Assembly (NCBI RefSeq): GCF_006345805.1
Contig: NC_043026.1
Location: 1,612,001 to 1,676,000, forward strand
Reading direction: 5' to 3'
DNA: 64,000 bases
Source: Octopus sinensis
Taxonomy: Eukaryota
The position numbers and the translations under genes are program-made. The notes beneath the pieces were generated by a model. That model ran no database searches, was not told the origin of the DNA, and worked only from the letters and a program-made list of their open reading frames with translations. This document shows, piece by piece, positions 26,123-39,015 of the stretch; within the stretch, counting starts at the first letter, position 1, and the number at the start of each line of letters is the position of its first letter.

Positions 26123-29100
26123 CATCATCATCATCATCATCATCATTTAGCGTCCGTTTTCCATGCTAGCATGGGTTGGACGGTTCAACTGGGGTCTGGG
26201 GAGCCCGAAGGCTGCACCAGGCCAGTCAGATCTGGCAGTGTTTCTACAGCTGGATGCCCTTCCTAACGCCAACCACTCCGAGAGTGTAGTGGGTGATTTT
26301 ATGTGCCACCGACACAGGTGCCAGACGAGGCTGGCGAACGGCCACGCTCGGATGGTGTTTTTTATGTGCCACCGACACAGGTGCCAGACGAGGCTGGCAG
26401 ACGGCCACACTTGGATGGTGTTTTTATGTGCCACCGACACAGGTGCCAGATGAGGCTGGCGGACGGCCACGATCGGATGGTGTTTGTTACGTCCCCAAAG
26501 CACGGAGGCCAGTCTATGCGGTACTGGCTACGGCCACGTTCGGATGATTTTCTTGTGTGCCACCGGCACTGGTACCACAAAGATACAAATTCCATTGATG
26601 TTCATCTATTTTAATTTGTTTTGATTTGATTTTCACTTGCCTCAACAGGTCTTCACAAGTGTCACAAGAAGGAAGGTATGCACAGGTGGACTGACTACGT
26701 CCCAGGTAGGGGCCACGGGTTATGGCCTGACTAGTCTTGCCGGGTCTTCGGATGGTGTTTTTATGTGCCACCGACACAGGTGCCAGATGAGGCTGGCGAA
26801 CGGCCACGATCGGATGGTGTTTGTTACGTGCCCACAGCACGGAGGCCAGTCGATGCGGTACTGGCTACGGCCACGTTCGGATGGTTTTCTTGTGTGCCAC
26901 CGGCACTGGTACCACAAAGATACAAATTCCATTGATGTTCATCTATTTTGATTTGGTTTGATTTGATTTTCACTTGCCTCAACAGGTCTTCACAAGTGTC
27001 ACACACTTGCCTCAACAGGTCTCCACAAGTGTCACACACTTGCCTCTGCCTCAACAGGTCTTCACAAGTGTCATAAGAGGGAAGGTATGCACAGGTGGAC
27101 TGACTACATCGCCGGGTCTTCGGATGGTGTCTTTATGTGCCACCGACGCAGGTGCCACATGAGGCTGGCGAACGGCCACGATCGGATGGTGTTTGTTGTG
27201 CCCACAGCACGGAGGCCAGTCGATGCGGTACTGGCTACGGCCACGTTTGGGTGGTTTTCTTGTGTGCCACCGGCACTGGTATCACAAAGAATACAATTCC
27301 ACTGATGTTCATCTATTTTGATTTGTTTTGATTTGATTTTCACTTGCCTCAACAGGTCTTCATAAGTGTCACAAGAAGGAAGGTATGCACAGGAGGACTG
27401 ACTATGTCCCAGGTAGGGGCCACGGGTTATGGCCTGACTAGTCTTGCCGGGTCTTCTCACGCACAGCATACTTCCATAGGTCTCGGTCTCTAGACATTTC
27501 CTTAGTGAGACCTAAAGTTCTAAGGTCGTGCTTCACCACCTCGTCCCAGGTTTTCCTGGGTCTACCTCTTCCACAGGTTCCCTCAACTGCTAGGGTGTAG
27601 CACTTTTGCACACAACTATCTTCAGCCATTCTCATCACATGACCATACCAGCGCAAACGTCTCTCTTGCACACCACAACTGACGCTTCTTAGGTTCAACT
27701 TTTCTCTCAAGGAACTTACACTCTGACGATTATGAACACTGACATTACACATCCATCGGAGCATACTGGCTTCATTTCTTGCGAGCTTACGCATATCCTC
27801 AGCAGTCACGGCCCATGTTTCACTACCATGTAGCATGGCTGTACGTACACATGCATCATACAGTCTGCCTTTTACTCTGAGCGAGAGGCCTTTTGTCACC
27901 AGCAGGGGTAAGAGCTCTCTAAACTTTGCCCAGGCTATTCTTACTCTAGCAGTTACACTTTCAGCACACCCGCCCCCGCTACTGACTTGGTCTCCTAGGT
28001 AGCGGAAGCTATCAACTACTTCTAGTTTGTCTCCCTGGAACGTGGCAGAAGTTGGTCTCTGCACATTTCCAGTGTTTATGGCTCCTGAGCATTTGCCACA
28101 GACAAAAACTATTTTCCTAGTTAGCCTTCCTTTGACATTGCTGCACCTCTTATGTGTCCATAGCTTACACTTGGTGCATCTTATAGAGTTTCTACCTACA
28201 CCTTTTTTACAGATCGAGCAGGGCCATCTACCTGAAGGCGTATGTGATTGATCTACCTTCCTACTTATTAGGACTTTGGTTTTGGCTAGGTTGATTCTAA
28301 GGCCCTTCGATTCTAATCCTTGTTTCCACACCTGAAACTTCTCCTCCAGTTCTGATAGTGACTCAGCAATTAGAGCAAGGTCATCAGCATAGAGGAGCTC
28401 CCAGGGGCAACCTGTCTTGAATTCCTCCGTTATTGCCTGGAGGACTATGATAAATAGGAGGGGACTGAGGACTGAACCTTGGTGGACCCCAACCTCTACC
28501 CGGAATTCTTCACTGTACTCGTTGCCAACCCTCACCTTACTAGCAGCGTCTCTGTACATGGCTTGCACAGCTCTCACCACCATTCTTCTATCCCTAGTTT
28601 CCTCATTGACCACCAGATAAGGGATCGGGGGACCCTGTCAAAGGCTTTCTCCAAGTCAACAAAAGCCAGGTACAAGGGCTTATCTTTGGCTAGGTATTTC
28701 TCCTGCAGCTGTCTTACCAGGAATATAGCATCAGTAGTACTTTTCCCTGGCACGAACCCAAACTGCATATCATCTAAGCTAACTCTCTCTCTAATTAGTT
28801 GGGCTATAACCCTCTCCGTAACCTTCATTACCTGATCCAGCAGCTTGATGCCCCTGTAGTTATTTGTCTCTAGGGCGTCGCCTTTACCTTTGTAGCAGTT
28901 GACTATTATGCTGCTACACCAGTCATTGGGTATGACCCCCTCGTGTATCACCTGGTTAACTATACGGGTGACTAAGCTACAGCCGACACCACCAGATATT
29001 TTGAGCATCTCTGCAGTAATTCCTGATGGGCCTGGGGCTTTCCCTGTTTTCATGCTTCTAATTGCCTTATCTACTAAGGAACTGTTAACTCGGATTGCTG

Positions 29101-30437
29101 GTCCCTCTGTTGGGTCGACATTCGGCAGACTCTCTTTATCCCATTCATTTTCTTCATTCAGCAACCTATCATAGTGGCGTCTCCAAGCCTCTCTCTTTGC
29201 ATCCTCGTTTAGCGCTAGTGAACCATCATCCATGCGAACACATTTCTCTCCTACCACATCTCGATTCTCTCTCACACACTGTCTTGCAACACGAAATACC
29301 TCAAGTCTTTCATCCTCACGGCGCAGGACATTGGCAAATTTTCTTTTATCTGCTTCCCCTCTGGCTAGATAGACCTGTCTCCTAGCTTCCCTTCTGGCAG
29401 ACTGATACACTTCCCTGCTACCACCGTTCTTCCAGGCCTTCCAAGCCTGTTTCTTTTGTCTAATAGCCCTGTCAACAATATTGTTCCACCACCACGTTAT
29501 TTTGGGTCTTAAGGGGACTTTGCACCAGCCACAGATCTGGTCAGCGGCTTTCAGCAGGTTGTCCCTCAGAAGCGTCCAGTTGTCTTCTACCCCATGCGTA
29601 GCTATACTCCCTTCCATTTCGTCTAAGGCTTCAAATAACATATCTCTAAATCTCTGTCCATTCACAGGGTCTTTAAGCTTCCAGACCCTTCTTCTCCATG
29701 TTGGTCGTCTTCTAGTCGCCCTCTTAGTCCTGATCCTAAAGTCACTAACTACCAGTCTATGTTGTGGGGTGCATTCTTCACCTGGGAAGGTTTTGGCATT
29801 CATAAGCAGCCATCTTTCCCTTTTTCTGGCAAGGATGTAGTCGATTTGGCTAGTATGCCGGCCCGATCGGTAGGTGACCAGGTGGCTTGTCGGTTTCCTG
29901 AAGTTAGTGTTGCAAATCATAAGACTATTCGCATCGCAGAACTCCAGCAGCCTGGTTCCCTCCTCGTTGCGGGAACCATAACCATAGCCTCCATGCACGC
30001 CATGGAAGCCCCCAGCACATCGTCCAACATGCCCATTGAAGTCACCACCACAAAGAGAAGGTCCCTGTCGTTCGTCAATGATGTGGTCTGCAGTAGGGTG
30101 TCATAGAAACAGTCTTTCTGTCCATCAGTAGCCCTGGCTGAGGGGCATAGGCCGATATAATAGTTGCTAAACTATGATGGAGCACTAATCTAATCTTAAT
30201 TATTCTGTCACTTACTCTGACTACCTCGATTACCTTATCTACCCATTTTTCGGCGATAAGCATGCCCACACCCCCGACTCCGTCAGTATCCCAGCCCAGA
30301 AAATCTTGTACCTCTGCCCTTTGCCTGTGAGGAACCTAGCAGAACCTCCTCTCCACCTCACTTCTTGAATGCAGCATATATCAACCCACCTCCGTTCAAG
30401 CAATTCAACTATCTCGCCAGATCTGCCTTTCAGTGTG
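26123..30437 (-). mobile_element. Near-full-length young RTE-clade LINE (APE endonuclease + RT + PHD-like finger), (GAT)n tail, triplicated 3'UTR
   Basis: ORFs 28574..29998 and 27438..28613 are joined by a 1-nt frameshift; YADD at 28380-28391; endonuclease motifs up to about 30435; (CAT)n at 26123-26146. Confidence 0.95.
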
Positions 30438-32469
30438 TGCCAAAATGCTTTTGACTATAGGTCTGTTTCAACAGGGTTAACTTGGAGCTAAACAGTAAAA
30501 ATGAATGACCACTGGGTTTCAGCTTTAACCTAAAGCATTTAAACTGGCCGTACCCTGCTCAATCTACCAGTTCAAACAAGTCAGATTTGACCGCTCACAC
30601 CTACCGTACAATGTGATTGTAAAAATAATTATATTGAAATCTTGAAGCTATGAGATAATGCATGTTGAATTAAAAATGGCCCTGTGGTAAGAAACTTACT
30701 TCCCAACCACATGGTTCCGGGTTCACTCCCACTGCATGGCACCTTGGGCAAGTGTCTTCTACTATAGCCTCAGGCTGACCAAAGAATTGGCAGATGGAAA
30801 CTGGAAAGAAGCCCGTATTGCATGTGTGTCTAATCCATGTACTTAGTGGTTCAGCAAAAATGACCAACAGAATAAGCACCATGCTTAAGAAGAAAAGGAG
30901 TACTGGGGTTGATATGTTCAACTAAAATTCTTTAAAGTGCCCCAGCATGGCCACAATCTAATGACTGAAACAACTAAAAGATAAAAGAAAAAAGCATTAC
31001 ATTTGACAAAGTAATCTAAATGCTAAAGAGTTAAAGCATGACCACCACTAAGAAGATTTATTCAGGATTATCTTCCTACCAGACTCCAATTAAGGATGAT
31101 CAACTCAAATAGGTTTGTTCAACCCATGTCAGCCTGAAAGATGCCAAGAGGCCACCAATATGAGTGAAAGCCACCTCATCACATGACTAGCTCTCTATTA
31201 TATATTATATTAAAGCATGAAGGCAGCGAGATGGCAGAGTGGTTAGCACACTGGGAAAAATGCTTAGCAGTATTTCCTGTCTTTACGTTCTGAGTTCAAA
31301 TTCCGCCGAGGTCGACTTTGCCTTTCATCCTTTTGGGGTCGATTAAATAAGTACCAGTTACGCACTGGGGTTGATGCAATCGACTTAATCCGTTTGTTTG
31401 TCCCCTCTGTGCTTAGCCCCTTGCGGGTAGTAAAAGAAATAGGTATTATATTAAAGCGCAGGCATGGCTATGTGATTAAGGGGCTTGATCCCCAACCTCA
31501 TGGTTCCAGGTTCAATCCTGCTGCATGGTATTTTGGGTGTCATTCTCTTTAGACCCAGGCAGACCAAATCCTTGCAAACGGATTTGGCAGATGGAAAGTG
31601 AGAAAGGTCCATTATTATATTATAGGTAGATATACATACACACACACACTTTTATACAACAACCACAGAAGCATCAAATAGGTCGATATTTTTAGAAACA
31701 AAAAAATCTTGAATGCAGGAGAATAGCTGTGAAAACAGCTTTAGAAAGTCAGGTAAAAACCCCCATAGATAGAAAAAAGGGGGTCAGCAGTGACTATAAA
31801 GAATCAAACTCTGCACCCACTAAGGGGTTTCTATACCCAATTTTCTGAAGTTGTTTTCACAGTTATTCTCCGGCATTTGCAATTTCTTTGTTTCTAAAAA
31901 TGTGAGAGAGAGAGAGAGAGAGAGTTGGCTTTTCCTTCCCTTAATATTGCACAATAGTTGATTGTGTCATGAAGGACACAGGCTGTGTCCTTCATTTCAA
32001 TCTTACCTGAAAATATGTCTAGACAAGGGGGAATATTGTATGACCTGGAAACGGGTGAGAGTTGGTGACAGGAAGAGCATCCAGCGGTGTAGAAATTCCC
32101 CCTTATATATATATCATATCTTATATCCACAATGGTGGAGGCATATGTTGGTGTATAGGTGTCATGGGGGTGCTTCCTGTGGTTAAAAGTCCAGTAGATC
32201 TGATCAGACAAGTTTATAATCAAAGGTGCTCTTGCTAAGATCTCTTTTTTTTTTAGATACATAGTAAACATGTCTCTCCTGTTTTTAAGAAGGAAGAGTA
32301 TGATCTGAAGATTTTGCTGCAGTTTCTAGCAGATCAAACAGCACCCCACCACTTCTTCACTAGCTCATCATAGGGTGACAAGTGGTGGTGACCATATTGA
32401 AGAAGGTGAGAAGGGAGGAAGAGAAGGAGGAGCAGCAATAGAGAAAATGTGATGATGGGTCTGACTTAC

Positions 32470-32643
32470 TTTGCCGTCAATAATCGCTGATAAACTAAGG
32501 AAGTCAAATATTTCGGTACAGTAGCGCCACACAGTGATAGACCCATACTTCCTCAAACATTCATCATAGAAGCCATACACCTGGGTAATCTGTCGACTTT
32601 CATGGTTGCCTCGGATAAGAGTGATTCTGTCGGGGTATCGCAC
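32470..32643 (-). CDS. PPP4C: PP4C coding exon 4 ([58 protein letters not shown])
   Basis: GNHE catalytic motif; 174 nt; acceptor tacag, donor gtaagt. Confidence 0.98.
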
Positions 32644-33039
32644 CTGTAATGAAAAATTAATAAGGAAAGTTCAATAAAGGAAGGGGGGGAGAGAGAGAGA
32701 AGGAGAACTGCAACTTGAAAGAATCGCCCATGTCAAATTTATATGTATAGATTACACATACAACCTACACGGAACACAAACACCATCAAGGCAAAATAAA
32801 CGAACTTACACTACTCTACATCAGTGATTTCCAGCATAGGGCATACGCCCCCACCAGTGGGGCCTGGGAAAATTGTGGTGGGGTGTGTTGCTGTTATCAC
32901 CAAGCACAAGGTTCTCATTAGTCTCATTTAGTGTTACATGTAATACTTATTTATTCACATTGTTTTGAATTAGTCATACATTGTCTTGTAGCTTAAAGAT
33001 TTTCATCAGAAACCATCCCCCAGTTGTAATTGTAGAATT

Positions 33040-34455
33040 AGATCAAGGTGTCCAGTGTCTGGTTCAAAACGTAGTTTATAAATGTACAGTAATGACTTTA
33101 AATAATAGCTATTTTTATTTCGGATATTCGATAGACCTGAAAAAACGCTTAAACAATCATTTCTCTAGTTTTAGACTTAAACATAAGGCGGGTTGCACAA
33201 TGCTGTCTAGTAACATTTGGGAATTGAAAGGAAAAAATATCGAGTTTAACCTAAAATGGGATATAATAAGAAAGGCACAGCCTTATAAAAATAGTAGGGA
33301 TGGATGTGAACTTTGTTCTATGGAGACATGAAATTTTGAAACATAGGAATAATATAAACTTATTGAATAACCGTTTTGATCTAGGAGTATCCTGCATACA
33401 GTGTGCCACCCGTACTTTTAAGTATTTTAAATAATAGCATTCTGACTATTCCTAAAGATTCAAATCTTAATGTTTTGTAACCAAATAAGGAAATAATATA
33501 CCACACTAGCTTTTATTTAACCTGCATAGATTATTAAGAAATTTTATAATATAAATAAATTGAATAAAGTGAAATTAAAATATTTTGAAACTTTCCTATA
33601 TAGGATTGCATAAATTCCATATATCTAGTGAAATTATTAAGTTCATCTTGATTACCTCCCTTCCATTACACTTTAAAATATCTTATAGGCTCTTGATATA
33701 TGTGCTAATTGTTAAGTTTTTTCTCTTTTTTTACAGGCAATAAATAATATGTCTAGCATATTCCTTTAATATAACTCAATAAAAATAAATTACTATTTAC
33801 TAACTAACTTTAAATCTATATTAATAATAATCTGATATATATATATTTTTATAAATATGAAATGATTTCTATACTCCCCATCCGTATATAAGATACTAAA
33901 ATTTATTAGAATCCTTTGGAAAAAAACTATCTGAACGATATTTATTTAAAATCACAAGCAGGATTATGACTTAAATGGTTAAGGGTATTAGAAATCTCTA
34001 TTCTCCCTACCCCACTAGCTTCAGCCCACTAACTTTAGCTAAAATACATTTGAATATACCAAAGTTAAATTTCTCATAAAAGGGTTGGGTTTATATCTCT
34101 GCCATTTGAACTACCCCTTCCTCTATCTATAAATAGAAAAATTCTTGATTGTCTCCACTGAATTAAATAAAAAAAACCATCCCCATTGGTAAATCTAAAT
34201 AACAAAGTGAACTCAGTGATAAAAAAAATCTGCCCATGAGGAAAGATCTACTACCATGTTCTTAATGATGAAATTCATCTCTTGGTCTATATACCTACCC
34301 TCTTTGTAATGTTGGCAAATGGAATAAGTATAAAAATGAACATTGTCAATTTAATTTTTAAAATTCCATATGTGACTGAAGAGTGCTCTACATTTTAAAA
34401 CTGATGTAATACATTGTTTAATTAAATGAAGTAGCATGAAACGATTGTACTACAC
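33040..34455 (+). mobile_element. Penelope-like element 3' part (GIY-YIG endonuclease, 3' region, hammerhead-like end)
   Basis: VVYKC...YFGYS..LKKRLNNH..SF...LSSNIWELK...LKWDII.KAQPY...CELC in ORF 32981..33331. Confidence 0.8.
34371..34455 (+). ncRNA. Hammerhead-like motif at the end of a PLE
   Basis: UGUGA CUGAAGA GUGCU..AC [long loop] GUAGCAU GAAAC-GAUU-GUA^CUACA. Confidence 0.45.
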
Positions 34456-34502
34456 TACCTTTGGATATCCTTGTTGCTTATTTTGATTTTATTTATATAT
34501 AT

Positions 34503-34542
<40 letters not shown>

Positions 34543-34571
34543 CTACCCCTATTTTTCAGAAAAAAGTGTTG

Positions 34572-34648
34572 GCGCCTGGCTATGAGACTCGAACTCACAC
34601 CTGTGATTATGCGTCGAAGTACTCTGAACCATTAAGCTAAATCACCCA
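34572..34648 (-). pseudogene. tRNA-Met(CAT)-derived sequence inside inverted repeats
   Basis: A box TAGCTTAATGG, B box GTTCGAGTC, T stem GTGAG/CTCAT, loop CGCATAA; acceptor stem does not pair. Confidence 0.6.
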
Positions 34649-35223
34649 CACCACTTTTTTCTGCAAAATAGGGGTAGCTTATCCTTTTCAGGTTATATTG
34701 TTAGCATTATCCTGCATTTGAGAATTTAAAATCACTTCTTGAACTTTCTAAGACATCTCAATGCTTCTAAAGCAAAGTTCGTTTGTTTGTTTACATTCAT
34801 CGTAATTTGAATCTTTATTTTTATATATATAGATGATGAGATATATCATCATCATCGTTTAACGTCCGTTTTCCGCGCTAGCACGGGTTGGACGGTTCGA
34901 CCGGGGTCTGGGAAGCCAGAGGCTGCACCAGGCTCCAGTCTGAATCTGGCAGAGTTTCTACAGCTGGATGCCCTTCCTAATGCCAACCACTCCGCGAGTG
35001 TAGTAGGTGATTTTTACATGCCACCTGCACAGGTGCCAGGGGAGTCCGGCATCGGCCACGATCGGTTGGTGCTTTTAACGTGCCACCGGCACGGAAGCCA
35101 GCCGAGGCGACGCTGGCATATAACTAAAACAATATTTCTCTTGTGACCAACCTCTCCCAGATAGACACACCCTAAACCACACTTGCCATACTATCAAAGT
35201 GTCTTACCAAAACAACAATGTCT

Positions 35224-35262
<39 letters not shown>

Positions 35263-35411
35263 TGATGATGATGAGATATATATATATATATATATATATA
35301 TAGATGATGATGATGAGATATATATATATATATATTGAGACATTGTTGTTTTGGTAAGACACCTTGATAGTATGGCAAGTGTGGTTTAGGGTGAATATAT
35401 ATATATATATA

Positions 35412-35640
35412 AAGGCGGCGAGCTGGTAGAAACGTTAGCACGCCGGGCGAAATTCGTAGCCGTATTTCGTCTGTCGTTACGTTCCGAGTTCAAATTCCGC
35501 CGAGGTCGACTTTGCCTTTCATCCTTTCGGGGTCGATAAATTAAGTACCAGTTACGCACTGGGGTCGATGTAGTCGACTTAATCCCTTTGTCTGTCCTTG
35601 TTTGTCCCCTCTGTGTTTAGCCCCTTGTGGGTAGTAAAAA
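35412..35640 (+). mobile_element. tRNA-derived SINE family B (Octopus OR-like); second near-full copy at 31220-31445
   Basis: A box (GAGCTGGTAGA) and B box (GAGTTCAAATTC), followed by gtcgactttgcctttcatcctttcggggtcg. The family name is from recollection. Confidence 0.8.
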
Positions 35641-35695
35641 AAAAATATATATATATATATATATAATATATATATATATAGATGATGATGATGAG

Positions 35696-35726
<31 letters not shown>

Positions 35727-37041
35727 AGATGATGAGATATATATATATATATATTCATTATATATATATATATTCATTATATATATATAATATATATGTA
35801 ATACATGATCATCATTCATCATTATTTAACGTCCGTGTTCCATGGATGGGACGGTACCACAGAAGCCGGCCAGGCCAAAGCCAGCACCAAATTTCTGGGA
35901 CTGCTTTGGCAGGATTTTTACAGCTGGATGCCCTTCCTGACACCAACCATATGTTATGCACACAATTTCCTGGTCTACAGAAAAATCAGTCAGTACAGCA
36001 AAAAGGCTTGCAACTACACTGGTAATTTTCAATCCCTTGTAACTCCCCTAATTGGCCAAACAAATATCCAGTTTTGTGGAATGGTTTATTATCCATGGTT
36101 TCTTAAACTATCCCATCCAAGACGTCTTTTTCTTTTTTTTAGATATTTACTCCTATGTGGCTGTGTGGAAAGAAGATCGCTTCCCAACTACATGACTACT
36201 GGTTCAGTCCCCACTGCTTGGCATCTTGAGCAAGTGTGTTAGAACTAGAATGGTCCCAGGGCAACCAAAGCCTTGGAGTAGATTTGGAAGGCAGAAATTG
36301 GAAGAAGCTTGTGTGTGTATTTGTCTTGCACTACTGCTTGACAACTGGTATTGGTGTGTTTACATCCCTAAAACCCAGTAGTTTGGCAACAAAGACTGAT
36401 AGCATAAGTACCAAGTTTAACAAAAAAATAAGTACGGGGGTTAATTCATTTGACTACAAAATTCGTCGAGGTGATGCCCCAGCATGGCTGCAATCTAATG
36501 ACTGAAATGAGTAAAACGGTAAACTACAAAAGAAGGAAAGGCTTTCTTCCTCCTCCTCCTCCTCATTTTTTCCATGCTTTCAAGGACCAAGCAAAATTTG
36601 TTGGAATGCCCTTCCTGTCCCCAACCCACCCCCGTTTCAAACTAAAATATTTCCCCATGGCTGAACATGTTTGAAAGGAAGACTGGAAACAACAATAATT
36701 GTATAACAGGGACACTTACAACTATTATAAGATGTCACAAAAAAGACACACACACACATCCTTAAAAATGTCTTAGTCCAAAGGCCGCGGCCATGCTGGG
36801 GCACCACACATATCTATCTTTTGTTATTTACTTGTTGGTCATTTGACTGTGGCCATGCCAGGGTACTGACTTGAAGGGTTTTAGTCAAACAAATCAACAC
36901 CAGGGCTTTTTTTAAAGCCTGGTCCCTATTCTAGTAATCTCTTTTGCCAAACCACTAAGTTATGGGAACATAAACACACCAACACCAGTTGCTAAGCAAT
37001 GGTGGGGACAAACACAGGCACAAAAACAATAATATATATAT

Positions 37042-37086
<45 letters not shown>

Positions 37087-39015
37087 ACAATGGATTTCTT
37101 TCATCTTCTGTTTACCAAATCCATTCACAAGGCTTTGGGTGGCCTGAGAATATAGTGGAAGACACTTGTCCAAGGTGCCATGCAATGGGACTGAACCCAG
37201 AACCATGTGGTCAGGAAGCAAGCTTCTTTACCACCTGGCCATACTTGCACCTACATATATATGTGATGGGTTTCTCTGAGTTTCTATCTACTAAATCTAT
37301 TTGCAAAACTTTTATTCTATAGTAGAAGTCACTTGTCCAAGGTAGCACAGAGGAGGACTGAACCTGAAACCATGCATTTGGGAAGTGAACTTCTTCACCA
37401 TGTAGCCATGCTTGTGGCTATTTACATATAAGAAATTATATATTTATTTCTTTTTGGGAACTCCATTGGTTATGATGAGGAGTCTTCCAGTTGATTCAAT
37501 TGACAAAAACAGCCCACGAAATTAATGTGTAAGTGGCTGAGTACTCCACAGACACGTGTACCATTAACATAGTTCTCAGGGAAATTCACGGTGACACACT
37601 ATGTGACAAAACTGGCATTGGAGCAAAGTGAAATGTCTTGCCCAGGGACACAGCATATGCCTGGGAATTGAACTCACAACTATATGCTTGTGAACCTAAT
37701 ACCCCAACCGATAAGCCACATGTCTTCACATCAAATTTGTATTGGACCTTAACGAATCAGCAGTCATTCATTTGCTCAATAATAACACAACGACCTTATT
37801 TGTATTTTAATCTCAACAAAAATATTTTTTAAAACATGAGATTAAAATACAAGTACAGACTTGATTTTGGGGGCTTTATCCCTTTAGCATTTAAACTGGC
37901 CATCCAGCCCAAATGTTTTACCTGTTTTATGTTCGAACTGGCCAGATCCAGCCTCTCCCACCCACCCTACAATGTCATTCAAAATCTTGAAGCTACAAGA
38001 TAATACGTGATAATTTTTTAAAATGTGGATAAAAAAGCATTACATTTGATAATTTATTCTGAATGCTAAATGGTTAATCCCTTTTATTTCTAAGAAAAAT
38101 CATACATCACCTCTCAGTGTGAGATCCCCATGCTCTTTGGTGAGTGGGGTCTATTAGCCAGATTAAGTACCACTGCTCTACACAGATATAACTCTAAAGT
38201 AACAAGTAACTCCTGAAACAACAAACCAAACCTCGAAATAATTCTTTGTACTGTAGACATAAGGCCTGAAATGGGGGGAAAGCTACCCCTGCACTCAACT
38301 AGTATTTATTTCACCCAAAAGGACGAAATGTGAATCATCCTTGATAGAATTTGAATTTAGACCATAAAACCAAAAGAAACGCTGCTAAACAATTTGTCTC
38401 GGGTGCTGACAATTCTATCAGCTTGCAGACATTCTTCATAAGAATGGTTTCAAATGTTGGCACAGGGCCAGCAGTTTTGGGGGGGGGGAGAGGAAATCAG
38501 TTACATCAACCCCCAGGACATGACTGGTATTCATTTTATCGACCCTAAAAGGATGAAAGACAAAGTTGACCTTGGTGGAATTTGATCTTAGAATGTAAAG
38601 ACAGACAAAATGCTGTTAAGCACTTTCTCCAGCAGGCTAACAGTTCTGCCACCTTGCCAAACCTTAGAATAGTGCAAAGTAGTGTGTGTGTGTTATATGT
38701 ATGTATGTTATATGTATGTATGTGTTTGTTCAATTTCCATCCATTTTTCTGCGCAGGCATAAGTTGGATGGGTGCATATTTGATGCTTTTGCAGTCTCCA
38801 ACCTTTGCCTACATTAAGAGTGCAGAGTTACAGAATGTCATTTTTACCAGGCTCACACTGCTACAATCCCAGAAAGCAGGGCTGCACACAGCTAAGGATA
38901 CAGAAGTGTCCCAAATGTCACAAGAGAATCACACATAAAACTTTCAAAGACATAATGATTTGTAATACAAGCAAAAGGCCCACAAAACATTAAAACTAAT
39001 AAGGTTACTACTCAC

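Noticed and set aside
26297-26480. 62-bp repeats as CRISPR, or CAGAUGAGGCUGGCGAAC as a hammerhead
   Set aside because: They are internal RTE 3'UTR subrepeats; the core U4 is absent and no stem I or III could be formed.
28027-30106. Plus-strand ORFs overlapping the RTE
   Set aside because: Shadow frames of the minus-strand ORF2.
34572-34648. Functional tRNA-Met gene
   Set aside because: Acceptor stem unpaired and anticodon stem mostly broken.
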